From a virus: a stretch of 37,205 nt of DNA. Within the stretch, counting starts at the first letter, position 1. Each line of letters begins with the position of its first letter. The notes beneath the pieces were generated by a model. That model did not search any database. It was not told where the DNA came from and saw nothing but the letters and a program-made list of their open reading frames with translations. Positions 7,401 through 15,980 of the stretch are shown here, piece after piece. The stretch is taken from the IMG/VR virus record IMGVR_UViG_3300049017_000013; one strand, 5' to 3'. Position numbers and translations under genes: made by a program.

Positions 7401-9721
7401 TGCCATACTCGATCACAACTAAAGACGGGATCACGATCCAGAATATCCCGGATGATATCGCGCCCGATTCTCAGGTATTGAAAGATCGAGTTGCGGCGAC
7501 GCGTTCTGCTCAATTGCAAGGCCAGCCAGAGGCCCCGCGCATGGGCGTTGTCGAAGGCATCAAGGAGGCTGTTACTGGCGCTCAGCGGTCCACCAAAGAA
7601 TCAGAGGCATTGCCAGATTGGGGCGGCATGCCCGAATTGAATTCTTTCAGCTTGGCATCGGCTAAAACTGGTCTTGGAACGCTGATGGCTAATCCTGCCG
7701 AAGCAGTGCAGGTGATCCAGTCCAATTTCCCAGGTGTGCAAGTGCGCCAGGACGATAAAGGCAACTTCCTTCTACGCTCGTCGATCGACGGGAAGGAGTA
7801 CGCCATCAAGCCTGGGTTTCGTGCCAGTGATATTCCCCGAGCTGCCGCTGGTATTGCTGCTTTCACTCCTGCTGGGCGTGCTACTACATTGGGTGGAGCG
7901 GCGCTCGGATCAGCGGCAACGCAAGCGGCTATCGAAGCTTCGCAGGCCGCAACAGGCGGCGAGTTCAATCCGGGCGAAGTAGTGACTGCTGGTGCTCTCG
8001 GGGCTGCTGTGCCGGCCGTCGTTCAGGGCGTGCGTGCTGTAGCAACTCCTGCACGCCAGGTTGTTGCTCGCGCGCTGGGAAGGGAAGCTGCGCCAGCAGC
8101 GGCAGTCCCTGAAACTGTCCCTGCTACTGCCATCCCAGCGCAAGAAGCGGCACCTATCGTTCCTGTTACTGCCCCTGCAGTCCCTGCTGCCCCAGTAGAA
8201 GCCGCAACAATTGAAGAATTGGGCCAGACTACGCGCCGTGCTGCAATGGGTGGCTTTGGCAGCAAGCAGGCAACAAAAGAGCTTGCCGCACAAGCAGCAC
8301 CAGACCCGGAGGCTGTGGCCGCCGCGGAGCGACTCGGGATTACTGATTATTTGCAGCCTGACCATGTCACCACAAATCAGGCATTCCGCCAACTTTCGCA
8401 GCTTATCAAATCGCAGACTGGTAGCGAAGCAGCGGTAGCGCAGCGATCGGGGTTGGAAAAAGTGGCAGAGCGGGCCAATGCGATCATTGATGAGGTTGGC
8501 GGGTCAGCGGACCTAAGCACAACTTCGGCTAATGTGCGCGCCCAAATGTCCAATGTTCAGAAGGAGCTATTGGATAAGGCGGATACTCTTTATTCTGATG
8601 TCCGCGCAAAGATTCCGCCAACGTCTGAGGCTCCTGCACAGTCTGTGCTGCAATTCGTAGAGCAGCGCGCCAAGGATTTAGGGGGCAAGGAAAATCTATC
8701 GCCGATGGAGCGAACCATTCTGGCCAAACTCGCGCCAAAAGGCGAGAAGCAGCCGACTTATGCTTTGCTGGATGATGTGCGTAAAGATGTTGGCGCCGCG
8801 GCACGTGCTGCAGGTCCATTCAAGGATTCCGATACTGGCCTGGCCAAGAAATTATATGGGTTGCTATCTGACGATCAGGCCCTGGCCGCAGAAGCAAACG
8901 GCGCTGGTGATGCATACCAAGCAGCGAAACAAGTAGTTCAAGTGCGAAAGAGTCTTGAGGATGACATGGCGGCCCTTTTTGGGAAACAACTTGATAAGAC
9001 CATGACACCGATTCTTACTGGATCGATCAAAGACCTCGGCAAGGGCGACACTACGAAATTCGTCAAGATGTTGCAGGCTGTGCCGCCTGAAATGCGGCAA
9101 GAGGTAGTATCGACTGGACTTTCCTCATTCTTCCAGCGCACAGCCCGCGGTGGTGAAATGGATTTCGCTGGATATTCCAAATGGTTCGATGGGTTGGAGC
9201 GCAATCAACAGGCCAAGGCAGCTTTATTCAGTAATTTGCCCAAAGAATCCGTGCAGCAATTGACCGATCTGGCCAAAGTGGCAAAAGGTGTAGCCATGGC
9301 CAAGGGCGAATTTATCGCAACCGGGAAGGCAATAAATTCCAAGGTGCTTGAAGCTGCTGATGGCCTGATGAGTAAAATCTTTGACACTGCTTCACAATTT
9401 GGTGTGCGTGGCTTGGTAGCGGAAGGCGTCGGGACTGCATCTGGTGCGCCTGGCATGGCATCTGCTGTACTTAGTGCGACCATGAAAAATAAGCCCCCTG
9501 TCATGCAGGCAGCAGACAAACTGATTACATCGCCAGAATTCATCCAAGCCGTTCGCTCTGCTGGTACGCAACAATCAGCAGAAGCGGTGCGTCGGCTTTC
9601 TCGCAGCAAGCGATTTACTCAATACATGAAGACTATCAATAATATAGAATCTATCCCAGCCAGGGAGCGCTGGATTTCTTCGGCAATGCAGCCGGCTAGA
9701 ACTACTCAAGAAAAACGCTGA
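7400..9721 (+). CDS. Large internal virion / ejection-type protein (773 aa).
   Basis: It is the last and largest of three consecutive genes between needle and tailspike, as for P22 gp16. It has an Ala/Pro-rich linker (PVTAPAVPAAPVEAA). The function is inferred from position only. Confidence 0.5.
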   Translation: MPYSITTKDGITIQNIPDDIAPDSQVLKDRVAATRSAQLQGQPEAPRMGVVEGIKEAVTGAQRSTKESEALPDWGGMPELNSFSLASAKTGLGTLMANPAEAVQVIQSNFPGVQVRQDDKGNFLLRSSIDGKEYAIKPGFRASDIPRAAAGIAAFTPAGRATTLGGAALGSAATQAAIEASQAATGGEFNPGEVVTAGALGAAVPAVVQGVRAVATPARQVVARALGREAAPAAAVPETVPATAIPAQEAAPIVPVTAPAVPAAPVEAATIEELGQTTRRAAMGGFGSKQATKELAAQAAPDPEAVAAAERLGITDYLQPDHVTTNQAFRQLSQLIKSQTGSEAAVAQRSGLEKVAERANAIIDEVGGSADLSTTSANVRAQMSNVQKELLDKADTLYSDVRAKIPPTSEAPAQSVLQFVEQRAKDLGGKENLSPMERTILAKLAPKGEKQPTYALLDDVRKDVGAAARAAGPFKDSDTGLAKKLYGLLSDDQALAAEANGAGDAYQAAKQVVQVRKSLEDDMAALFGKQLDKTMTPILTGSIKDLGKGDTTKFVKMLQAVPPEMRQEVVSTGLSSFFQRTARGGEMDFAGYSKWFDGLERNQQAKAALFSNLPKESVQQLTDLAKVAKGVAMAKGEFIATGKAINSKVLEAADGLMSKIFDTASQFGVRGLVAEGVGTASGAPGMASAVLSATMKNKPPVMQAADKLITSPEFIQAVRSAGTQQSAEAVRRLSRSKRFTQYMKTINNIESIPARERWISSAMQPARTTQEKR

Positions 9722-9732
9722 AAGAGAAAATC

Positions 9733-11769
9733 ATGTTGCCAGTCGAGCCAGCTTTTAACCTTTACACTAATCTTAATGGCAATCCACTGGATGATGGATA
9801 TGTGTATTATGGCCTACCAAATCAGAACCCTATTACATCGCCAGTAGTTGTTTATTGGGATGCTGCCGGGACTCAGCCAGCAGCGCAACCATTACGAACT
9901 GTCAACGGGTATATTGTCCGGGCGGGGACGCCAGCCAATGTATTTTTCAATGGTGAATATTCACAAATAGTCCAAGATTCCGCCCAAAGACTTGTTTATT
10001 TTGCGCCAAATTCCAGTGATTTTAGTATTGTTGGATATGTCAATTCTTTCATTGCCAATCTTGCAAATACATCAGATGCTGATAAAGGTGCTGCCTTAAT
10101 TGGGCGTGGAGTGCAGGTAATCGATTCGATTGCCGCACTCAAGCAATTGCTTATCACCTCTGCATCAGATTATGCCTATATAACTGGTTATTTTTCTGCA
10201 TATGATGGTGGCGCAGGATGGTATCGGCTTGATGCATCTGATGTTGTTAGCGCCGATAATGGGTGTACCGTCATCGTTGCAGTTGATGGGGGGCGCTGGA
10301 AACTGGTTCATGATGGCGTGATCCACATTGCTCAGTGGGGTAACAACCTATCCAACGCAATCGACAACATGCCTGTTGGCGGCCATTTGTTACTCGGCGC
10401 CGGCCCTTATGTGGCCAAGTTCAACAAAACCCGCTCTGACCTGAAAGTAACCGGCATTGGCATGCCCACCTACAATGGTGGCAATACTGCGCTGTCTGGT
10501 GGGACGGTCATCCAGGGCACTTTCGGATTTACTGGGGACCGACTTGAATTTTCAAGCTTCGGTATTGACTGTGGCTCAACTGTCTGCACGGCCATCAACG
10601 GCGGCACTGCGATGGACGGCCTGGTTATCACCGATGCCACACGTACTATTCGGAACCAGATCGTGGTACGTGATGTGAAGTGTTTGCTGAAAGACCCCAC
10701 CTCGGCATTCCATAACTTCCTGCTTGAAGGGCTGAATGATAGTCGGTTTGAAAATCTGATTTCCCGCAATGGGCAATGGGGCACGGTGATGAAAACCACT
10801 GCCAGCACAGCAGACGGAATCATTTCCTACAATTGCTCGCAGGCTGGCTTTACTTTCAAATCCGATACCGGCGTGGCTGGAACGCCCGCCCTGCGCTCAA
10901 GCGTATCGAATGTGCTGATCGATAACAGCGGCTATGCAGCGGCTGCGCAGGGCATCCTGCTGTATGCCGCAACCAGTTCGCTTGCCTACTTCACGCTGAA
11001 CAACTATCAGACGCGCGGCGGCGATATCGGCGTCACGCTGCTGTGCGATACCCGTGCGGTAAATGTGAACCTGCTGTTCGATGTGGCGCTGTCCAATGGT
11101 GCGATCCAGGACGCAGTAACGATGGGTTTCAAAACCTTCGGCGCAATTAGCAAAGTACTCGTCAATAATTTGGATATCACTGGCACCGTATCGAACAAAT
11201 CGATCGAGGTGGGTTCCGATTGCCTGGGCATTGAATTCACCAACGTGAATTGCTCGGCACCCGTGGTCAACGCGTTGAACGTCAACCTGGCCGGTCGCTT
11301 CTCGTTCGACAATCTGCGTTCGTTCGTGCTCGGCGACTACAATTCGCCGTCTGGCATCAACATGGTCCCGGAGAGTTCTGCTACCTTCACGGTAGGCAAC
11401 TACATTGGCACCGTGGGGTTCTCTGGCGTGCAGACCTGGACCCCAGCATGGACCGGCCTGACGGTTGTCAATGGCACGGGCGGCGTCACTCACACCGGGT
11501 CATACAAGGTGATCGGGAAGCGCATCAAGGGGCAAGCGCAAATCGCCGTCACTGGCACTGCGACTACTGCATCCACCGCTGCTACGACGTTCATCAACAA
11601 TCTGCCGTGGCAACCTGTCAGAAATGATGCATGTCTGGCGATCAGCGGCACCGTGACAAATGGCGGTGTTGGCTTTGTACAGAGTGGCGGTCAGAACTGC
11701 TTTACTCCAACCTGGGCCGCATATAACGGCACCATGGTAATCTCGTTCGATTATCCGTTCCAGAATTAA
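9733..11769 (+). CDS. Tailspike: P22-type head-binding N-terminal domain plus a putative beta-helix receptor-binding/depolymerase body.
   Basis: The N-terminus NGNPLDDGYVYYGLPNQNPITSPVVVYWDAAGTQPAAQPLRTVNGYIVRAG parallels P22 gp9 [47 protein letters not shown]. The remainder has repetitive short-strand patterns with Asn/Gly turns, typical of pectate-lyase-like spikes. Confidence 0.75.
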   Translation: MLPVEPAFNLYTNLNGNPLDDGYVYYGLPNQNPITSPVVVYWDAAGTQPAAQPLRTVNGYIVRAGTPANVFFNGEYSQIVQDSAQRLVYFAPNSSDFSIVGYVNSFIANLANTSDADKGAALIGRGVQVIDSIAALKQLLITSASDYAYITGYFSAYDGGAGWYRLDASDVVSADNGCTVIVAVDGGRWKLVHDGVIHIAQWGNNLSNAIDNMPVGGHLLLGAGPYVAKFNKTRSDLKVTGIGMPTYNGGNTALSGGTVIQGTFGFTGDRLEFSSFGIDCGSTVCTAINGGTAMDGLVITDATRTIRNQIVVRDVKCLLKDPTSAFHNFLLEGLNDSRFENLISRNGQWGTVMKTTASTADGIISYNCSQAGFTFKSDTGVAGTPALRSSVSNVLIDNSGYAAAAQGILLYAATSSLAYFTLNNYQTRGGDIGVTLLCDTRAVNVNLLFDVALSNGAIQDAVTMGFKTFGAISKVLVNNLDITGTVSNKSIEVGSDCLGIEFTNVNCSAPVVNALNVNLAGRFSFDNLRSFVLGDYNSPSGINMVPESSATFTVGNYIGTVGFSGVQTWTPAWTGLTVVNGTGGVTHTGSYKVIGKRIKGQAQIAVTGTATTASTAATTFINNLPWQPVRNDACLAISGTVTNGGVGFVQSGGQNCFTPTWAAYNGTMVISFDYPFQN

Positions 11770-11793
11770 TACCAACCACAGAAAGGCAACACC

Positions 11794-11892
11794 ATGAAAT
11801 CGAAACTGAATATGGGCGTAGGGGCAGGCGGCGCGAAAGACCCGAAACGGGCGCCGGCGAAAGAGCAATCTCCTAAGCCCAAGAAAAAATGA
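11794..11892 (+). CDS. Possible mini-ORF (32 aa, very basic: MKSKLNMGVGAGGAKDPKRAPAKEQSPKPKKK).
   Basis: It falls below the ORF-track size cut-off. The ATG is preceded by gaaagg, and the stop overlaps the next start (ATGA at 11889-11892), which suggests translational coupling. Confidence 0.3.
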   Translation: MKSKLNMGVGAGGAKDPKRAPAKEQSPKPKKK

Positions 11893-12311
11893 ATCATCGG
11901 CTTAACCGCCTGTTTGTCGGCGTGCTGTTGTGGCTGGTCCATGACGTGCACGCCTGGATCAATGCGCCCTTACCGAATACTCGGTTCTGGGCGCTGATCT
12001 TTTTTGGCTCCGCGGCAACGTTGGAAGCCTTGATTTGCCTTGTCATCCCCAAATACCTGGATGGCAAATTGTGCGATGACATGCTGGTACTGGGCTGGCT
12101 ATGCATCATCGTTGACGCTGCTGGCTTTGCTGGCTACATGACCAAGAACCCGTCTATCTACTACAACACGGTCATGTGGGTTATCAGCTATGTACAGTAC
12201 GCCAGACTTCTTTTTGTGGACAGTGACCATGCTCTTTCTGTATGGAACAATCTGGTTCGGGGCGCTCATTTGCTGGGCGCGAAACTTTATCATTCGAAGG
12301 CGCATAAATGA
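11889..12311 (+). CDS. Polytopic membrane protein (140 aa, about 4 hydrophobic segments). Its role is unknown; lysis-associated or exclusion are possibilities.
   Basis: Hydrophobic stretches: LFVGVLLWLV, FWALIFFGSAATLEALICLVI, MLVLGWLCIIVDAAGFAGYM and VMWVISYVQYARLLF. Its stop overlaps the next start. Confidence 0.55.
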   Translation: MNHRLNRLFVGVLLWLVHDVHAWINAPLPNTRFWALIFFGSAATLEALICLVIPKYLDGKLCDDMLVLGWLCIIVDAAGFAGYMTKNPSIYYNTVMWVISYVQYARLLFVDSDHALSVWNNLVRGAHLLGAKLYHSKAHK

Positions 12312-12556
12312 GCGAAAAAGAAACCGTACAGAACGCAATCGAGACGGCACTTAGCAGCCCAAAAGTGTCCTCTGTGATTGCGGCTCTTACCGGATCGTCG
12401 GGGGCAGCGGCGCTGTTCACCAGTTTGAATTCTTTCCTTGGCGCCGTGTCGCTTGGCATCGGCTGCCTGGTGGGCCTGTACACCATTCGCATCCTGCGCA
12501 TCAAGGGCAAGATTCTGGAGCGCATGGAACGTGATGGCGAGAGCTTGAAGGAGTAG
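12308..12556 (+). CDS. Holin-like small membrane protein (82 aa, two TMDs, charged C-terminus).
   Basis: VSSVIAALTGSSGAAALFTSL and FLGAVSLGIGCLVGLYTIRIL are followed by RIKGKILERMERDGESLKE. It lies immediately upstream of the endolysin. Confidence 0.6.
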   Translation: MSEKETVQNAIETALSSPKVSSVIAALTGSSGAAALFTSLNSFLGAVSLGIGCLVGLYTIRILRIKGKILERMERDGESLKE

Positions 12557-12558
12557 CC

Positions 12559-12996
12559 ATGCAAATCAGCGAACACTTCACCCTGGAAGAATTGACCGCA
12601 TCGCAGGCCGCCGCCCGCAACAATCTAGATAACCGCCCGGGCCTGGAAGATGTGAAGAATCTGCGCTGGCTGGCCGGCACGCTCGAGGAAGTTCGCAAGC
12701 TGGTCGGCAAGCCTATCAATGTGTCCAGTGCTTACCGTTCGCCGGCCGTCAACAAGGCTGTTGGCGGGACTGCAAAGAGTGCTCATATACGCGGCCTGGC
12801 TGCTGACATTACGGTATCCGGAATGACCTCGATCGATCTGGCAAACCTGATTCTCAGCAGCGACATAGCCTTTGACCAGTTGATCTACGAGGGGACATGG
12901 GTTCACCTGGGCCTGGCTGATGGCATCATGCGGCGCCAGGTGCTCACTGCCCACTTCTCGCCGGCTGGCGTAACCTACACGCAAGGAATCTCATAA
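12559..12996 (+). CDS. Endolysin, peptidase M15 family (zinc D-Ala-D-Ala carboxypeptidase-like / L-alanyl-D-glutamate peptidase type).
   Basis: FTLEELTAS...N.P at the N-terminus, SAYRSPAVN, and the SAHIRGLAADI (H-x-x-G-x-A-x-D) zinc-ligand signature of Peptidase_M15_3/M15_4 phage lysins. Confidence 0.85.
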   Translation: MQISEHFTLEELTASQAAARNNLDNRPGLEDVKNLRWLAGTLEEVRKLVGKPINVSSAYRSPAVNKAVGGTAKSAHIRGLAADITVSGMTSIDLANLILSSDIAFDQLIYEGTWVHLGLADGIMRRQVLTAHFSPAGVTYTQGIS

Positions 12997-13418
12997 TGGC
13001 TCCCGCAATCGCCGCCCTGCTTCCGGTCCTGGGCAATCTGATGGACCGGGTATTTCCTGACAAAGCCGCTGCTGATGCCGCAAAGCTGCGCGTGATGGAA
13101 ATGGCGCAGGCCGGCGAGCTGGCCCAGCTGGATGCTGATGTGAAGCTCGCCACCGGGCAGCTTGCCGTGAACCAGGTCGAGGCCGGCAATGCGTCCCTGT
13201 TTGTGGCAGGCTGGCGGCCAGCAGTAGGCTGGACCTGCGCCGCGGCGTTCGCCTTCAAGTTCGTCGGTGGTCCGCTACTGGTCGTTATCAGCAACTACCT
13301 CGGACACCCTGTCACGCTGCCAGAATTCGACTTCACCGAAATGTCCACCGTCCTGCTCGGCATGCTTGGCCTTGGCGGGTTGCGTACTGTCGAGAAGGTG
13401 CGCGGCGCCACGAAATAA
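12996..13418 (+). CDS. Holin of the '3 TMs, gene-transfer-release' family (DUF3154-like).
   Basis: MAPAIAALLPVLGNLMDRVFPD..., then ...AQAGELAQLDADVKLATGQLAVNQVEAGNASLFVAGWRPAVGW..., match my memory of the RcGTA-type holin family. TAATG overlap with the endolysin stop. Confidence 0.65.
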   Translation: MAPAIAALLPVLGNLMDRVFPDKAAADAAKLRVMEMAQAGELAQLDADVKLATGQLAVNQVEAGNASLFVAGWRPAVGWTCAAAFAFKFVGGPLLVVISNYLGHPVTLPEFDFTEMSTVLLGMLGLGGLRTVEKVRGATK

Positions 13419-13420
13419 AC

Positions 13421-13448
13421 AAAGCCCGGTTCTCCCGGGCTTTTTCTT
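13421..13448. terminator. Bidirectional rho-independent terminator between the convergent late and early-left operons.
   Basis: aaagcccgg (13421-13429), ttctc loop, ccgggcttt (13435-13443), then ttctt. The A-rich left flank gives a U-tract for the minus-strand transcript as well. It sits between stop codons at 13416-13418 (+) and 13447-13449 (-). Confidence 0.8.
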
Positions 13449-14754
13449 ACCCTGGCAGTTCGCCAGTGTCACCATCGACTCGATATAACTTCGTGCCCTC
13501 CGGAATCATATGCGGAGGGATCAGCGTTTGCAGGTACAGCGCGCCACCAGCGACGGACCGTTTCATTTCTGCGATTGCGGTCATCCCCTGCTGTGGCGGT
13601 GCTGCGCAGGCATACAAAGGCCACACTGGATTGTCCGTTACCGGCTTTTTGTGGTGGTACATGACGGTGCAGCAAACACTGTTGATAATTTCACTTATAG
13701 GAAGATGGCGCACACCTGGCTCCGACTCAACCCATAGCACCGGCTCTGCTGCTGTGGTAGCCGCAAATTGAGCAATCGTCATCTTTTGGAACTGCAAGAG
13801 CATGGCGCGCAAGGCCATCACGCTACCGAAGGAAATGAAGCCCTCAGCAGTCTCCCATGCGCCAACATGCTCATACCATTGCTTCGTTGTCCAATTGGCG
13901 CGCTCGTCTTGCCCGCCCTCTGGCGTGGCTCGCTTGAAATTCAAATGCGTGATTCCTGCATCTTCTGCAGCCTTCAAAAACTGTTTAAGCGCGCCGCTTC
14001 CCACGTGCTCAGCATCGGTGGCGCTTGCCGCTGGGTAATGGCTTCCAATCTGGCCAAGCTCGTTACTATTGGTGCAGGCGTTGCGGTGGTCATGCGCGTG
14101 CGGGCAGCGCTTATTGCCGCAAGTAGGGCACAGCACCATGCGATTATCTGCCGGGTCGCCGAACGGTGTTACAGGGCGGCAGGTTGCGCACCAGCATGCA
14201 GCCTTATCGCGCACCACTTCTGCCGTGCATTCGGCGGCGAGGCAGGTAGTAACTTTGTCGCTAGCTACTTTGGCTGTCTCTGCCTGTGCTATGCTGGCCT
14301 GTTGCAGCTTGCCGGGTGGCTGCGAAATCTCATCTGCTATTGCCGCGAGAATTTCATCGCTGCGAGGCGTCCAGTTTGGTGCTTGCTGTGGACAGCACTT
14401 AACCGCTAGCGGTCGCATCAACGGCAACACTTCATCGTAAAAAATCAACCAAGCTTCTTCTGCTGGCCCATCAGCACCAAGCTCGTGGATTTTGTCGATT
14501 GACACCGTACCGAGTTGAAGAACATTTTTGATGTTATCCAGTGCTAACAACAAACGAGCGACTTCCGGCATGGATTGTTCCTTCCCTCCCTCCTGCTGCA
14601 AGGGCCGTGCGGTCTTGGACAGAAGGGCGGTCTCCAAATTCAGTACAACTTGATCGTCGGCCCCCGGAATGTTCAGCGTGACATGCGTGCATTCTTCGAT
14701 TGGACATGGCTGATAGCCGTGCGATTCAGCAATTTTTACTGGGAGTGCTTTCAA
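13447..14754 (-). CDS. Orphan 435-aa protein with a Cys/His-rich putative zinc-binding centre. Last gene of the leftward operon.
   Basis: TTG start at 14754 with RBS gaggag 6 nt upstream. The central cluster is CWCATCRP...CPTCGNKRCPHAHDHRNAC. I recognised no integrase, recombinase or nuclease motifs. Confidence 0.7.
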   Translation of the reverse strand: MKALPVKIAESHGYQPCPIEECTHVTLNIPGADDQVVLNLETALLSKTARPLQQEGGKEQSMPEVARLLLALDNIKNVLQLGTVSIDKIHELGADGPAEEAWLIFYDEVLPLMRPLAVKCCPQQAPNWTPRSDEILAAIADEISQPPGKLQQASIAQAETAKVASDKVTTCLAAECTAEVVRDKAACWCATCRPVTPFGDPADNRMVLCPTCGNKRCPHAHDHRNACTNSNELGQIGSHYPAASATDAEHVGSGALKQFLKAAEDAGITHLNFKRATPEGGQDERANWTTKQWYEHVGAWETAEGFISFGSVMALRAMLLQFQKMTIAQFAATTAAEPVLWVESEPGVRHLPISEIINSVCCTVMYHHKKPVTDNPVWPLYACAAPPQQGMTAIAEMKRSVAGGALYLQTLIPPHMIPEGTKLYRVDGDTGELPG

Positions 14755-14779
14755 TTCGTTCTCCTCGCCCTACTAGTTA

Positions 14780-14795
14780 GGGATAGTGGTTATTC
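14780..14795. repeat. 16-bp junction repeat R2, copy 1 (gggatagtggttattc).
   Basis: Identical to 16808..16823. Both copies lie immediately 3' (minus-strand sense) of the gene that follows repeat R1. Confidence 0.85.
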
Positions 14796-15651
14796 AGTCG
14801 CCGCAGAAGCAGGAAATAGCCTGCTCGTCAGGGTCGAACATATCGCCCTGTCGCTCGGTGAAATTCAGCATTTGCGCGTAGCTAGGCCGGTCGTTGCGGA
14901 ATCGATCACCAGATCCATGTGCCACAGATTCAGCAGCTTGCTCTTGCTTTGCCCACCAGATGGCGCGCTCTGGCTTTTCCTGAATCAAACTAACAACTTG
15001 GCGTGCCGGCTTCAAAAAGCACAGATCACAGTTGCCGTGCATGGTCTTTCCGTTCATGTTTGGGAGGCCAAGATCGAAGTGGTTACTGCGCCAGAACTTG
15101 CCAACGTCTTTTGCTGTTACTTTGGACTCGGCCAGCGGCAAAATAATCGTTTCAGACTTGGTCTCTGGGTGTGGATTCTGGCGAAACTTCGACACGCGGG
15201 ATGGTTCATCGGCCCGGATACCAAGCATGGTATCCCACTCAGTCCAGCCTAATTCATTGCGAATGAAGCGATGCACCGTGCGAGTCTTCAGCTCCGACGA
15301 GCAATACCGCGAGCGCGGATTAGGTAGCACCCCTCCGCGTTGCGCAATGACTGCCTCGAATGGCTCTCCATTGCGACTGGCCGACTCGTAGCTTACCTGC
15401 TTATATCCGCCGCCCTGGGTGTATTCCAGCCAGACCAACCCTAAGCCCAACCGCTTATCACAATCGTCTGCAAATTTCAGGGATAATTCATCTTCTTTCC
15501 CAGTGTTCTCGACAAAGAAAAGCGTTTCTGATGGAATCTTTCCATCGTGTGCTCGCATTACGTTCTCAGCCATCAACGCAGAACTTCTGCCCATTGAAAA
15601 CTGAATCGCAGTCGGGCCAGATGTAATGTAAGGATTACGCTGATCGCTCAT
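14794..15651 (-). CDS. PAPS-reductase-like (PP-loop / adenine nucleotide alpha-hydrolase superfamily) protein, 285 aa.
   Basis: N-terminal ...AIQFSMGRSSALM sits in the position of the SGGxDS PP-loop, with Gly replaced by Met. The RYCSSELK motif, and a C-terminal Cys pair (CFCGD) plus CDLC, are as in phage 'phosphoadenosine phosphosulfate reductase' proteins. ATGA overlap with the upstream gene. Confidence 0.6.
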   Translation of the reverse strand: MSDQRNPYITSGPTAIQFSMGRSSALMAENVMRAHDGKIPSETLFFVENTGKEDELSLKFADDCDKRLGLGLVWLEYTQGGGYKQVSYESASRNGEPFEAVIAQRGGVLPNPRSRYCSSELKTRTVHRFIRNELGWTEWDTMLGIRADEPSRVSKFRQNPHPETKSETIILPLAESKVTAKDVGKFWRSNHFDLGLPNMNGKTMHGNCDLCFLKPARQVVSLIQEKPERAIWWAKQEQAAESVAHGSGDRFRNDRPSYAQMLNFTERQGDMFDPDEQAISCFCGD

Positions 15652-15682
15652 ACCTGCTCACTTTCTGGTTTGGCGGCGCGCT
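15645..15682. repeat. 38-bp junction repeat R1, copy 1.
   Basis: cgctcatacctgctcactttctggtttggcggcgcgct is identical to 16892..16929. On the minus strand it encodes ...[10 protein letters not shown], plus the overlapping ATGAGCG start of the next gene. Confidence 0.9.
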
Positions 15683-15980
15683 TTGCCGCCGCCATCACAA
15701 TCGCCCGGCGAGTAGCGCCCAATGCGTCGCCGTCAACCCATAGCATCACATCATCAGCCCACACGGCACGTTCATTGGCGATGCCTTCGATATGGATACC
15801 GATGCCCAACTCCACGGCCAAGCGCAGCGCGTCACCGTCGTCTGCGGGCGGATTCCACCAAGCATGTACGTCGCCAAATTCATCATAGCCATGCGGATAC
15901 CAACCATTGATATCAGCCTCAAAATCGATTTCGTAGCCAGCCGCCTTCGCCGCCAGTTCCAATAGTTCTCGGTCAGTCAT
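15648..15980 (-). CDS. DUF2591-like small phage protein (110 aa).
   Basis: The ORF track extends to 16136, but the ATG at 15980 gives [18 protein letters not shown]...[19 protein letters not shown], the usual N-terminus of this prophage family. It overlaps the upstream stop by only 8 nt. Confidence 0.65.
   Translation of the reverse strand: MTDRELLELAAKAAGYEIDFEADINGWYPHGYDEFGDVHAWWNPPADDGDALRLAVELGIGIHIEGIANERAVWADDVMLWVDGDALGATRRAIVMAAAKRAAKPESEQV

Noticed and set aside
13267-13488. A 73-aa plus-strand ORF containing a lipobox-like LALAGC, considered as an embedded o-spanin (Rz1-like).
   Set aside because: The Cys is 39 residues from the only start, with no signal-peptide-like N-terminus and no internal start codon nearby. 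The ORF runs through the bidirectional terminator hairpin into the convergent gene, and the enclosing gene is holin-like rather than an i-spanin.
13466-15252. Plus-strand ORFs 13466..13771, 13510..13737, 13768..14409, 13802..14038, 14069..14440 and 14575..15252.
   Set aside because: They are antisense to the RBS-supported 435-aa and PAPS-reductase-like genes. They have no RBS and Cys/Arg/Ala-rich off-frame composition, and would break the otherwise uniform minus-strand operon.
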